This document shows positions 15,338-26,071 of a stretch of DNA of 32,000 nt, piece by piece; the stretch's first letter is position 1; each line of letters starts with the position of its first letter. Location: positions 810,001 to 842,000 of the forward strand of contig NC_000918.1 in NCBI RefSeq assembly GCF_000008625.1, in the 5' to 3' direction. The notes beneath the pieces were generated by a model. It was given only the letters and a program-made list of their open reading frames with translations, ran no database searches and was not told the DNA's origin. The position numbers and the translations under genes were made by a program. This DNA is from Aquifex aeolicus VF5 (GTDB lineage Bacteria > Aquificota > Aquificia > Aquificales > Aquificaceae).

Positions 15338-15966
15338 TACTCTTAACACTCATTCTTTCCAGCTGTAGTGTAAAAACCTCATACAAAGAAAAGGGTAGAG
15401 TTTACAACGGCAAATGTCCAGAATATGCAAAAGTATGGGTTCATTACTGCCCAACGAAATACGCTTACACGGACAGGTATCAGCACCTCAGTAAGGTAAA
15501 AATCGTAAATCCCAGAAACGGAAAAAGTGTAAAAATATCACTCAGACTTAACAAAAAGGTTAGGGGTATATGCCTACCTAAGAGGCTGAAGAAGTACTTA
15601 GGAAAGCCCTTTCTGGGAAAGGTTTATCTTCTAAGATGCGGAGAAAACGGCGTAAAGAAGTGTCCGAAGTACATAAGGGGATACGCCTCGTGGTACGGAG
15701 GAAAGTTCCACGGGAGGAAAACTGCTTCGGGAATAAGGTTCAATCAACACGAGTATTACGCAGCTCACAGGTACTTGCCATTCGGAACACTCCTTGAAGT
15801 TAAAAATTTAAAAAACGGCAGAAAGGTGATTGTTAAAGTCGTGGACAGGGGACCCTACGTCAGGGGAAGGCACCTTGACCTTTCTTACGCAGCAGCTAAA
15901 AAGCTGGGTATGATAAGGGACGGTGTAATTCCCTTTGAGGCGAAAGTGCTCAGGTGTGGTTACTGA
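15286..15966 (+). CDS. rlpA: RlpA-like lipoprotein (double-psi beta-barrel, septal lytic transglycosylase family)
   Basis: Signal peptide with a lipobox (LTLILSSC). The C-terminal DPBB signature is GYASWYGGKFHGRKTASG...F......AAH..LPFGT...V.N..NG....V.V.DRGP. It overlaps sixA by 52 nt. Confidence 0.8.
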   Translation: MERFLGFRTPLGALGVVILLTLILSSCSVKTSYKEKGRVYNGKCPEYAKVWVHYCPTKYAYTDRYQHLSKVKIVNPRNGKSVKISLRLNKKVRGICLPKRLKKYLGKPFLGKVYLLRCGENGVKKCPKYIRGYASWYGGKFHGRKTASGIRFNQHEYYAAHRYLPFGTLLEVKNLKNGRKVIVKVVDRGPYVRGRHLDLSYAAAKKLGMIRDGVIPFEAKVLRCGY

Positions 15967-15993
15967 AAAAGGTGTATATTTAAACTTGTTAAG

Positions 15994-17391
15994 ATGTGCG
16001 GAGTTGCAGGAGTCTTTAATTCCCCTTACGCAGCGGAATATGCCCTTTTAATGATTTACTCACTCCAGCACAGGGGACAGGAAAGTGTAGGGATAAGTTC
16101 CTCTGATGAAAAGGAAATTTACACCGTTAAAAAACCCGGAAGGGTTTTAGAAGCGATAAAAAAAGAAGACCTTGAAAAATTAAAAGGAAGTATAGCGATA
16201 GCACACGTCAGGTACTCAACAGCGGGAAACGCAGGAGGCTTTAACGCCCAGCCTCTTGTGAGGGAAACACCTCTCGGAAAAGTTGCGGTAGTACACAACG
16301 GAAACCTCGTAAACTTCCTAACTTTGAGAAAGGAGCTTGAAGATAAAGGTATAAAGTTCAATTACAACTCTGACAGCGAACTCTTTTTAGCACTTCTTGA
16401 GGAAGGAAGGACCTATATACCTGAAGGTGTAACGCTTCATCCGGAGGACAAGGATTTCCTTCCCTACATCTTTTACGCCCTTTCTAGAGTTAAAGGTGCC
16501 TACAGTTTGATATACCTCTTTAGGGACAAGCTCGTAGTTGCGAGGGATCCATACGGTTTCAGACCCTTAGCCTTGGGAAGGAAGAAAAACACCATTCTGG
16601 TAGCTTCGGAGAGCTGTGCCTTTGACATACTTGAAGCTGAATTCTGGAGAGAAGTAAAACCGGGTGAAGTTCTCGTAATAGACAAAAAAGGAAAGAGGAG
16701 CTACAGGATATTCAGTTCACCCAGAAAAGCTATGTGCATATTTGAGTTTGTGTACTTCTCAAGACCGGACAGCTACATATTCGGCGACTGGGTATACAAC
16801 GTGAGAAAAGAAATGGGAAGACAGCTTGCGAGAGAAGATAACATAGAAGCGGACGTTGTCATTCCCGTTCCCGATTCTGGAGTCGTTCCGGCACTCGGAT
16901 ACGCGGAGGAAAAGGGACTGCCTTTTGAGTACGGGCTTATAAGAAACCACTACGTGGGAAGGAGCTTTATAGAACCAACACCCGAACTCAGAAACTTAAG
17001 AGTTTTAATGAAGCTCTCTCCCAACAGAGCCGTTCTGCAAGGGAAGAGAGTTATAGTTATAGATGACTCCCTCGTGAGAGGAACTACCTCAAAGAGGATA
17101 GTCAGCATGCTCAGGAGGGCAGGTGCTAAGGAAATACACATGAGGATAGCCTCTCCGCCCGTCGTGGGACCCTGTTACTACGGCATAGACACGCCCACAA
17201 AAGAGGAGTTAATAGCAAACAAAATGCCGATAGAGGATATAGCCAAGTTCATAGGTGTAGATTCCCTGAAGTACCTTTCTTTAGAAGGCTTGAGAAAGTG
17301 TGTTGATAAGCCTGAAGATTTCTGCGACGCATGCTTTAGCCTGAATTATCCCGTAGAAGTTGAAGATAATGTCCCCTCAAAGATACGCTAA
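15994..17391 (+). CDS. purF: Amidophosphoribosyltransferase (glutamine PRPP amidotransferase)
   Basis: Starts MCGVAGVF (Ntn Cys1). It has a PRTase motif VIVIDDSLVRGTTS and Cys ligands of the [4Fe-4S]-type enzyme (CYYGIDTP, CDAC). Confidence 0.95.
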   Translation: MCGVAGVFNSPYAAEYALLMIYSLQHRGQESVGISSSDEKEIYTVKKPGRVLEAIKKEDLEKLKGSIAIAHVRYSTAGNAGGFNAQPLVRETPLGKVAVVHNGNLVNFLTLRKELEDKGIKFNYNSDSELFLALLEEGRTYIPEGVTLHPEDKDFLPYIFYALSRVKGAYSLIYLFRDKLVVARDPYGFRPLALGRKKNTILVASESCAFDILEAEFWREVKPGEVLVIDKKGKRSYRIFSSPRKAMCIFEFVYFSRPDSYIFGDWVYNVRKEMGRQLAREDNIEADVVIPVPDSGVVPALGYAEEKGLPFEYGLIRNHYVGRSFIEPTPELRNLRVLMKLSPNRAVLQGKRVIVIDDSLVRGTTSKRIVSMLRRAGAKEIHMRIASPPVVGPCYYGIDTPTKEELIANKMPIEDIAKFIGVDSLKYLSLEGLRKCVDKPEDFCDACFSLNYPVEVEDNVPSKIR

Positions 17392-17395
17392 AAAT

Positions 17396-17424
17396 TTGAC
17401 AAATCTAAACTAAAGAAATATCAT
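17396..17424 (+). promoter_or_regulatory. Sigma-70-like promoter for the 111 aa gene
   Basis: TTGACA (17396-17401), an exact 17-nt spacer, then TATCAT (17419-17424), about 33 nt upstream of the ATG at 17458 with an SD in between. Confidence 0.5.
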
Positions 17425-17457
17425 AAAAATTGTTAAAACTCACAGGGAGGTGGAAAG

Positions 17458-17793
17458 ATGGCTACAAAAGCTATACCAAAAGAACAGTGGGAAAAGTACT
17501 TTGATAACCTTTCTAAAAACCTGCCCGCTGTTGAAGTTCAGCTGGAAGTAGTAGACAAGGAAATTGGAGACCAGGTGGAAGTTGAGTACTCCCCCCTTTT
17601 GGGACTCTCTTACGATCCCAAAGATGACGTATTTGAGATTCAGTTCAGAGAAACCCACGATCACCTCATTTACCATCCCAAAGAAATATACGTAGAAGAA
17701 GAGGACGGGAAAATAACCACAATAGAAGTGGTGGACAAGGAAGGAACTCGCTACATCCTAAGAATAAAACCTGCAATTCCTTTACCCGAGTAA
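17458..17793 (+). CDS. Hypothetical small acidic protein, 111 aa
   Basis: A canonical promoter-like element (TTGACA-17-TATCAT) and a strong GGGAGGTGG SD lie upstream. I recognise no family with confidence. Its 3' end overlaps the murG 3' end by 12 nt (convergent). Confidence 0.65.
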   Translation: MATKAIPKEQWEKYFDNLSKNLPAVEVQLEVVDKEIGDQVEVEYSPLLGLSYDPKDDVFEIQFRETHDHLIYHPKEIYVEEEDGKITTIEVVDKEGTRYILRIKPAIPLPE

Positions 17794-18816
17794 TTCTTCG
17801 TACATCCTCTCCTCTGCCCCTTCTGCGAAAAATTTTTTAATATTTTCTGAATACCTTTCCAAGTTTTTAACAATTTCCTTTAAGGCGGATAAAACTTTAT
17901 CAGGTTTAGCTTCTTCCTGTCTTAAAACCAAACCTCCTCCCAGTTTTTCTATTTCTTTAGCGTTGTAAAATTGGTGGTCGTCAACCGCATAAGGGTATGG
18001 AACAAACACAGAAGGTACACCAAAGTGCGAAAGCTCGTTTATCGTGCCAGCTCCCGCCCGTGAAATCGCGACATCTGAAGCTGAATAAATTAGTCCCATA
18101 TCAAGAGAAAAGGGCATTACGCGAAATTTTTCCCCTTCCAGATTTTTAAACTTTTCGTAGTGAATTTTTCCGGTAAGGAGAATTACCTGAAATTCCTTCG
18201 GAAGAACACTCTTTAAATCTCTTGCGAGCTCGTTTAAAAAGAGTGCTCCCTGAGAACCACCGAATATGAGAACAGTTATTTTGTCAGGTTCTAAACCAAA
18301 TCTCTTCTTTACTTCTTTCTTCGGAAGTTTTTTCTTTAGTTCTTTTCTTATGGGTAGTCCCACCCTTACGCCTTCTGGGAAAAACCTTTTAGTGTAATTA
18401 AAAGTGATTAAAACTTTTTTTGCTTTTTTTGATAGGATTTTGTTAGTTTTACTCGGAATCGAGTTTTGCTCGTGAATAAAGAGCTCTTTCCTTCTCAAAA
18501 CTGTATTTATTCCTAAGGGAAGGGATGCGTATCCTCCGAAGATCAAAGCCCTGTAATCCTCTTTTAAAAATTCGTTTATCTCTTCCTGAGCTTTTAAGAA
18601 CTTCCAAATAGCCTTTAACTTTTGGTAAAAATTTCTTTCCCTTAATGGTTCTACATCAAGGAACAGCTTTTCTGTCTTTATTAAATCTTTTAACTCGTAT
18701 TCTATTCCCCTTTTACTCCCGATGAACTTCACTTTTTCCTTTTTTAAGACATAATTTGTAAAAGCTAGAGCGGGAAAAAAGTGTCCGCCCGTTCCTCCTC
18801 CTGATACAGCGATCAT
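17782..18816 (-). CDS. murG: UDP-GlcNAc:lipid I N-acetylglucosaminyltransferase MurG
   Basis: 344 aa with N-terminal [10 protein letters not shown] and a C-terminal GT-B region ([11 protein letters not shown]). Length and motifs are typical of MurG. Confidence 0.9.
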   Translation of the reverse strand: MIAVSGGGTGGHFFPALAFTNYVLKKEKVKFIGSKRGIEYELKDLIKTEKLFLDVEPLRERNFYQKLKAIWKFLKAQEEINEFLKEDYRALIFGGYASLPLGINTVLRRKELFIHEQNSIPSKTNKILSKKAKKVLITFNYTKRFFPEGVRVGLPIRKELKKKLPKKEVKKRFGLEPDKITVLIFGGSQGALFLNELARDLKSVLPKEFQVILLTGKIHYEKFKNLEGEKFRVMPFSLDMGLIYSASDVAISRAGAGTINELSHFGVPSVFVPYPYAVDDHQFYNAKEIEKLGGGLVLRQEEAKPDKVLSALKEIVKNLERYSENIKKFFAEGAEERMYEELLG

Positions 18817-18840
18817 CTTGATATTTTAAACTTTTCTTTT

Positions 18841-20588
<1,748 letters not shown>

Positions 20589-20590
<2 letters not shown>

Positions 20591-20607
20591 GGGCTCAGCC
20601 CTCTTTT
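20589..20607 (+). terminator. Possible intrinsic terminator of ahcY spanning both convergent stop codons
   Basis: GAGGGC (20589-20594), loop TCA, GCCCTC (20598-20603), then TTTT (20604-20607). The stem includes the ahcY TGA, and the loop TCA is the reverse complement of the fliF stop. The stem is only 6 bp with a 3-nt loop, so the call is weak. Confidence 0.3.
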
Positions 20608-22064
20608 AACCACTTTTTCAGTACCATAGCCACTTTTTCGGGTTCCTGCTTTGCGATTTCCAGCAATTCTTCGTAAGGTGTCTTCTTTCTGACTTCTTCT
20701 ACCGTTGGCGGTACTCCGGGAACAGCTGGAGCGGGCGTTGGAGCGGGAGGTCTTCTTCTTAGCAGTTTCACAAGTCCAAAAGCTACAAGTCCCAGTATAA
20801 CAAGGCTTACAAGTGCTACGGCTACGTAAACGTAGGTAGGAACTTTGGGCTTTTCCGCCACGACCGTGGGCTTTACAAAAGGAACGCTAACGATAGACAC
20901 CTGATCTCCACGTTTTGGATCTAATCCCGCGGAAGCTATTATTAAGTTCTTAAGTTCTTCCGTGTTTACCTTAACATCTTTGTCTATAACCAAACCTACG
21001 CTGATTCTCTTTACCTTTATCGTTTTGTCCTCAAAGTATATTTCCCTCTTACTCACCTCGTAATTGGTTATGCTCTCTTTTCTCTCGGTGATTAACTCCC
21101 CTCCTCCCTGTCTTCCCGTAGCGGGCGGGATGTTTGCTTGAGTTCCCGGAATACCCTGAGCCCTTGTGCTCGTGGTTCTTTCCTTCTTCTTCTGCTCACT
21201 CACAACTGCCGTGAGGTCAGGGTCGTAAAGCTCTTCCCTCTTCTTCATGGAAGAAAAGTCAAGCTCCGCAGAAACGTTTACCTTTACCTTTCCGTAGCCG
21301 AAAACCTCCTCTAGGGTTTTCTGGAGTTTCCTTTCTAAGCTCTTCTCAAATTCCCTTTTTACTTTTAATTGAGAGGCGTTAGTTTTAAATTCCTCGTCCA
21401 AATAGGCGGTCAAATCCCTCCCCTTGTCGTCTACCACTACCACCTGCGAAGGTTTTAAGTTCTCAACGCTCCCAGACACGAGATTTCTTATAGCCTTTAC
21501 CTGCTCGGGAGTGAGTTCACATCCCGGTTTTAACTTTAAAAAAACGGAGGCCTTTGCCTCCTCCTCTTCCCTTATAAATAAACTTTTTTCGGGAAGAACT
21601 ATATGAACCCTTGCAAACTCCACGCAGTCCAAGCTCATTATCGTCTTCGCAAGTTCTCCCTCTATAGCCCTTTTGAAGTTAACGAGTTGTTGAAAGCGGG
21701 AAAGAACTATGCCGCTTTTGTCAAAAAGCTCGTAACCTACTATACCTTTTCTTGGCACACCCTTGGCGGCAAGCTTTAGCCTTAGTTCCCTTGCCACGTT
21801 TTCCGGGACGTAAATCGTTCTTCCATCCGGAGAGATCTTGTACTTTACCCCTTCCTTGTCGAGTTCCGTCACTACAGCGTTCAGGTCATCCGGAGAAAGG
21901 CCTGTGTAGAGAACTGTGTAATTTTCCTGAGAGAGATAAATAAGGGCTACAGCTCCCAAGGATAAGAGCAAAAGAGGAATGCCTACCGCGAGTGCCTTCT
22001 GTACAGGTGTCAGGGCGTTAAATCTTTCCTTCAGAAGGTTTAAGTATTCCCTTAACTTGTCCAT
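20595..22064 (-). CDS. fliF: Flagellar M-ring protein FliF
   Basis: 489 aa with an N-terminal TM segment followed by YTVLYTGLSPDDLNAVVTELDKEGVKYK...VPENVARELRLKLAAKGVP (the FliF/YscJ signature) and a second TM segment near the C-terminus. Confidence 0.9.
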   Translation of the reverse strand: MDKLREYLNLLKERFNALTPVQKALAVGIPLLLLSLGAVALIYLSQENYTVLYTGLSPDDLNAVVTELDKEGVKYKISPDGRTIYVPENVARELRLKLAAKGVPRKGIVGYELFDKSGIVLSRFQQLVNFKRAIEGELAKTIMSLDCVEFARVHIVLPEKSLFIREEEEAKASVFLKLKPGCELTPEQVKAIRNLVSGSVENLKPSQVVVVDDKGRDLTAYLDEEFKTNASQLKVKREFEKSLERKLQKTLEEVFGYGKVKVNVSAELDFSSMKKREELYDPDLTAVVSEQKKKERTTSTRAQGIPGTQANIPPATGRQGGGELITERKESITNYEVSKREIYFEDKTIKVKRISVGLVIDKDVKVNTEELKNLIIASAGLDPKRGDQVSIVSVPFVKPTVVAEKPKVPTYVYVAVALVSLVILGLVAFGLVKLLRRRPPAPTPAPAVPGVPPTVEEVRKKTPYEELLEIAKQEPEKVAMVLKKWLKEG

Positions 22065-22065
22065 A

Positions 22066-22347
22066 CTAAACTTGCATCTTCATAAGTTCGTTGTAAGCTT
22101 CTAATAGTTTATTCCTTACCTCTATGAGAAGGTTCAGGGCTACCTTTGCCTTTTCCGCTTCTATAACTATCTCGTGAAGAGGAACGTCTCTTCCCTCCAA
22201 TACCGCCTCTTTTAGCTTCTTTGACTTTAACTGCTTTTCGTTCACCCACTCCACGAAATTTACGAAGTTCTCAACTATATCCTCTCCCTTCACGTTTTGT
22301 TGGACTTCAAATAATTTTGGTATAAAACCGAGTTTTCCTACTTCCAT
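22066..22347 (-). CDS. fliE: Flagellar hook-basal body complex protein FliE
   Basis: 93 aa with a C-terminal VRNKLLEAYNELMKMQV typical of FliE. It sits between flgC and fliF. Confidence 0.8.
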   Translation of the reverse strand: MEVGKLGFIPKLFEVQQNVKGEDIVENFVNFVEWVNEKQLKSKKLKEAVLEGRDVPLHEIVIEAEKAKVALNLLIEVRNKLLEAYNELMKMQV

Positions 22348-22742
22348 GCTTCAAAGGTCCTCTCAAAGATTTCCTTAGTTAATGAGAAGGCTTTTAAGTT
22401 AGCCTCATAACTCCTTACGGCGGTTATCATATCCACCATCTCTTTTACAGGTTCTATGTTGGGAAGTCTCACGTATCCCCTCTCGTCAGCGTTGGGATTT
22501 TCAGGATCGTAAATTAGCTTAAAACCGGGAACTTCTCTTATTTCCCTTACGTTTACGTAGACTTCCGAAGGGTCTTCAAGATTTTCAACTGCTTCAAATA
22601 CGGGAACTAGTCTGTTAAACGGTGTTCCGTCACTCTTGAAGGACTCGTAATTGGCGAGGTTAGAAGCGACGGTGTTCATCCTTATCCTCTGTGCATACAT
22701 CCCGGAGGCACTTATATCAAGCGCGTTGAAGATATCCATCAT
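22338..22742 (-). CDS. flgC: Flagellar basal-body rod protein FlgC
   Basis: 134 aa with an N-terminal rod-protein motif (SASGMYAQRIRMNTVASNLANYES) and a conserved C-terminus (AVRSYEANL). Confidence 0.9.
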   Translation of the reverse strand: MMDIFNALDISASGMYAQRIRMNTVASNLANYESFKSDGTPFNRLVPVFEAVENLEDPSEVYVNVREIREVPGFKLIYDPENPNADERGYVRLPNIEPVKEMVDMITAVRSYEANLKAFSLTKEIFERTFEAWK

Positions 22743-23113
22743 TCAGCCCTCCCTTTTATAACGCGATTTAATGTGTTTAAACTGCCCATTGCAAACTTTA
22801 GGTAGGTTTCGTAAGCAAGTTTGTTTTTTACTATCTCGGAAAGTTCTCTCTCTATACTCACGTTGTTCCTGTCGTTCCCTTGAAGTCCGTTTTTAAATAC
22901 TACGAGTCTTTCCTCAAATTTCCTGAAGTTTTTCACGTGCTTATTGTGTGTAGTCTTTAAGGGAATGGTAGGAGGTTCTAAGAAAAAGATTAAATCCCTC
23001 CTTTTGTAGTTGGGGGTATCCGCATTTGCGAGGTTTCCCAAGAGAACTTTGTGCCTCTTCCACGTGAAGTTTATGTACTTTTTGTAGAGATTTACACCCC
23101 TAAATAAGTCCAT
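22739..23113 (-). CDS. flgB: Flagellar basal-body rod protein FlgB
   Basis: 124 aa with LLGNLANADTPNYKRRDL (the FlgB N-terminal motif). It is directly followed by flgC (4-nt overlap). Confidence 0.85.
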   Translation of the reverse strand: MDLFRGVNLYKKYINFTWKRHKVLLGNLANADTPNYKRRDLIFFLEPPTIPLKTTHNKHVKNFRKFEERLVVFKNGLQGNDRNNVSIERELSEIVKNKLAYETYLKFAMGSLNTLNRVIKGRAE

Positions 23114-24901
23114 TTACCCACCACCCCATAAACTTAATATAGCCCTTCCCACCGTATCTTTAAAGCTTTTTGCCTCTTTCAAAACAAATTCTAAGGTTTC
23201 CCTGTCCTTTTGCCTTTCTGCGCAACTGCCCAGTTTAACGAGCGTGAGTTTGTAAAGCTCGTCCTTCGTTTTGTATTCCTTTAAAAATCTCTTGTACATA
23301 TCCTTTGCTTCACTGCACATTTCCTTTTCAAAGTAAATGTCCCCTGCAATCCTGTAAGCGTGCGGAAAGTATCCCCTCATAGGCTCATACTCCTCAGAGA
23401 GATAAAGAACCTCGTTTATGTAAGGACTCTTTGAGAGGTAGTAGTAGAGCAAGTAAGCTTCCAGTTTGTCTAATCCCTCAAGTTCGTGCATGGACTCCTT
23501 AAGTAGCCTCTGAGACACTTCCCTACTTCCTTTAACGAACCAGTACTTAGCCTCCAGAAACTTTCTTACAGGACTTTTGGGAAGGAGTTTTACCACTTTT
23601 ATGAACTCGTCATCCCCTTTGTAAAGTAATGCTCTCGCAAGGAGCTCCACAGACTCAGGATTTTTGAAGACACTTAAGAAGTTATACCTGTTCGTTTTGT
23701 ATAAAGAAACTATCAAGTCTGCATCCTTGTAATCTTTTAACTTCAGGAATTCCTCGTTTAAAAGTCTTATTTGCTCACCGTATGAAAATATCTCCTTGTT
23801 TAAGACAAATTCTCCTTCCTTGAACTTAAAAATTTTTAAAAAATCTCTTGCTTTTTCTATAGGATTTTGTTTATTTATTAGTCCGTCGTAGAGGGCAAAT
23901 AGGGCATAATTTCCTACTCTGCTATCTGAATTCAGCCACCCGAGCTGCAGGACAATGTCGTAATAAAACTTAAAATCCTTAAATCTCTTCAGGAATTCCT
24001 TATTTGTCCAGTAATTCAGGTAAATTATCTGGTATATCGGATTGTAGAAGAGTTCTTTTTTTATATCTTTGTATATCTCGTAAGCTCCTGAAAAGTCGTT
24101 AAAGGTGAGGTAAACCTTCGTCAAGTAGTAATTGGTCATCGTGGTGTAGAACCTGAACCTGTCCAGTTCCCGTGTCCTGATGAAGTACAGAAGACTCTTT
24201 CTTATCTCCCCATTTTTGAAGAGGGAAACACCCGCGTAGTAATTGAAGTGAACGTCAAACTTCAGAAAGGGATTGAGCGAAAAAGCCTTATTCAGGTAGT
24301 TTAAAGCCTTTTCGTAATGCCCGAAGTCCGTTTCGTAAATCCCTAAGGTCAGGTAGTACAGGTATTCGTACTCCTCGGGAATGTTTTTTAAGTTTTTAAT
24401 ATAGTTGTAGCCCGTGTAATCACCGTAGACCGCCGCAGTGAAGGAGTACTTAAGGAGGTATCTCGGATCTTTTTTAGAACCGTAAAGGCTTGAATACAGA
24501 TTCATAGCGTTCTCGTACCAGCCTATGAGAAAGTAACTGTCCCCCAAAAACTCCTGCTTTAGGTCAAAGAACCTCGGCTCTTTGTAGTAGAAGGTATATA
24601 GATTCAGGTATCCTATGGCGGAAAACACCCCTTCTTTACTCCCCACGTGGTAAGAGTACAGGGCGTATGTGAGCCCGTAGTACAGGTAAGAAAGCTCCCC
24701 ATACTCGCTTTCCGGTGCTACGCTCCTTGCTTTTGAAAAGTAAATAAGTGCGTCTACGTAATCGTTTACGGAAAGGGCTTTTAAACCTTCCTCGTAGTAA
24801 ATTTTTGCTATTTCTTCGTTACTTCTCGTTTGTGGATTAAAGGAGAATACTGATATTACTGTCAGAACGAGAAGAATTAATACCCTCTCCCATAAGTTCA
24901 T
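23114..24901 (-). CDS. Exported TPR-like repeat protein, 595 aa, function unknown, in flagellar operon
   Basis: N-terminal signal-like segment (MNLWERVLILLVLTVISVFSF). The rest contains many ~34-residue Tyr/Leu/Ala-rich helical repeats (e.g. AKIYYEEGLKALSVNDYVDALIYFSKA, YEKALNYLNKAFSLNP). Its stop codon directly abuts the flgB ATG (0-nt gap). Confidence 0.7.
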   Translation of the reverse strand: MNLWERVLILLVLTVISVFSFNPQTRSNEEIAKIYYEEGLKALSVNDYVDALIYFSKARSVAPESEYGELSYLYYGLTYALYSYHVGSKEGVFSAIGYLNLYTFYYKEPRFFDLKQEFLGDSYFLIGWYENAMNLYSSLYGSKKDPRYLLKYSFTAAVYGDYTGYNYIKNLKNIPEEYEYLYYLTLGIYETDFGHYEKALNYLNKAFSLNPFLKFDVHFNYYAGVSLFKNGEIRKSLLYFIRTRELDRFRFYTTMTNYYLTKVYLTFNDFSGAYEIYKDIKKELFYNPIYQIIYLNYWTNKEFLKRFKDFKFYYDIVLQLGWLNSDSRVGNYALFALYDGLINKQNPIEKARDFLKIFKFKEGEFVLNKEIFSYGEQIRLLNEEFLKLKDYKDADLIVSLYKTNRYNFLSVFKNPESVELLARALLYKGDDEFIKVVKLLPKSPVRKFLEAKYWFVKGSREVSQRLLKESMHELEGLDKLEAYLLYYYLSKSPYINEVLYLSEEYEPMRGYFPHAYRIAGDIYFEKEMCSEAKDMYKRFLKEYKTKDELYKLTLVKLGSCAERQKDRETLEFVLKEAKSFKDTVGRAILSLWGGG

Positions 24902-26057
24902 TTACTTTTATATTAACCCTTTCCTTCTCCCTGTTTCTGTATACTTCACTTCCGTTTACGTTAACACTCTCGAGCCTAAAACCGTAGGAACTAAGAATTT
25001 GCGAAACCTTCAAGGCATCGTAAGGAGTGAATATGAAGTTCTGGAGCATTTCGTTGAGATTAATCTTCAGATTTGCACTATCTCTTATAAAAGAAATTTG
25101 AATTCCGAGCCCTTCCAGTTTAACGTTTACATTTTTCCTTTCACTTCCTTCAAAAATTCTTATATCTTTTATGGAAAAAACCTTTTCACTTCCCTGAACT
25201 TTCGGAATGTCTTTCCCTTTCCACTCCTTTAATTCCACAACCACACCGGGAGAATGACTGAATTCCTTACTCTTTTTGGTTTTAGACGTTTCTCCTTTAG
25301 AGACTTCTTTAAAGATTTTTTCTTGAACCGCTTGAAGTTCGCTTAAATTGTTGAGTTTATTGGGTTGTTTTACGTGTGCTGTACCTTTTCCATCTTGAGG
25401 TAGGGATACTTCCTGAACATTCACTGTACTAATCTGTAATTTATCCTTTTTGGAAATTTCAAAGAATTTAAATTCTTTTACATTCCCCTCTTCGGTTGAA
25501 AAAAGCTTCAAGGGTTTATCTATTTTCTCTTTATTTCCCTCATTAAATTGTATTTCTTCAAAAGCTTCTAAAGCTTTTTTTAGATTTTGCAGGTTTTTCG
25601 TGAATAAAATGTTTAAATTTCCTTTTTCAGAATCAGAAGTAGTTTGAGTAGTAGTTCTAGTATTTTGTATATTGGTTTTCTTAATAAAATTTACCTCTCT
25701 ATTCTGGAAAATTTTCAGGAATTGATTTAGGAAAGTTAAAATTTCAGGCAAAGGATTATTAAGCCTTTTAAAGCTCTCCTTTTTAGCTCCTTCAATAAAA
25801 ACTTTGTTGTTGCTAAAGGTATCATTTAATTTCTCGTTAGACTCTAATATTTTTTCCAATTCAGGGACAAAATTTACGTTAAAGTTTTGTGCGAATTCCT
25901 TTGCATTTTTCCCTGCAAAAAGGTTGCCATCTTTAGCGTTGAATATTTCTTCAAATATTTGAAGGAATACTGCTAAGAAATCACCACTACTTTTTGTATT
26001 TATATTCGTACTCTGTCCAAAGGCATTGAGTAAGCTTTCAACCCTCAAACTCCCCAC
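24837..26057 (-). CDS. FliK-like flagellar hook-length control protein candidate
   Basis: The C-terminal segment KLEGLGIQISFIRDSANLKINLNEMLQ...ALKVSQILSSYGFRLESVNVN resembles the FliK C-terminal (Flg_hook) pattern L..LG.v.I.......l.......L...L...G..l..v.v. The N-terminal two-thirds are low-complexity, Asn/Lys/Glu-rich and AT-rich. The start is GTG at 26057 or, better supported, TTG at 26048 (GAGGTGG SD 5 nt upstream). Confidence 0.55.
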   Translation of the reverse strand: MGSLRVESLLNAFGQSTNINTKSSGDFLAVFLQIFEEIFNAKDGNLFAGKNAKEFAQNFNVNFVPELEKILESNEKLNDTFSNNKVFIEGAKKESFKRLNNPLPEILTFLNQFLKIFQNREVNFIKKTNIQNTRTTTQTTSDSEKGNLNILFTKNLQNLKKALEAFEEIQFNEGNKEKIDKPLKLFSTEEGNVKEFKFFEISKKDKLQISTVNVQEVSLPQDGKGTAHVKQPNKLNNLSELQAVQEKIFKEVSKGETSKTKKSKEFSHSPGVVVELKEWKGKDIPKVQGSEKVFSIKDIRIFEGSERKNVNVKLEGLGIQISFIRDSANLKINLNEMLQNFIFTPYDALKVSQILSSYGFRLESVNVNGSEVYRNREKERVNIKVNELMGEGINSSRSDSNISILL

Positions 26058-26071
26058 CTCTATTTAAGAAG

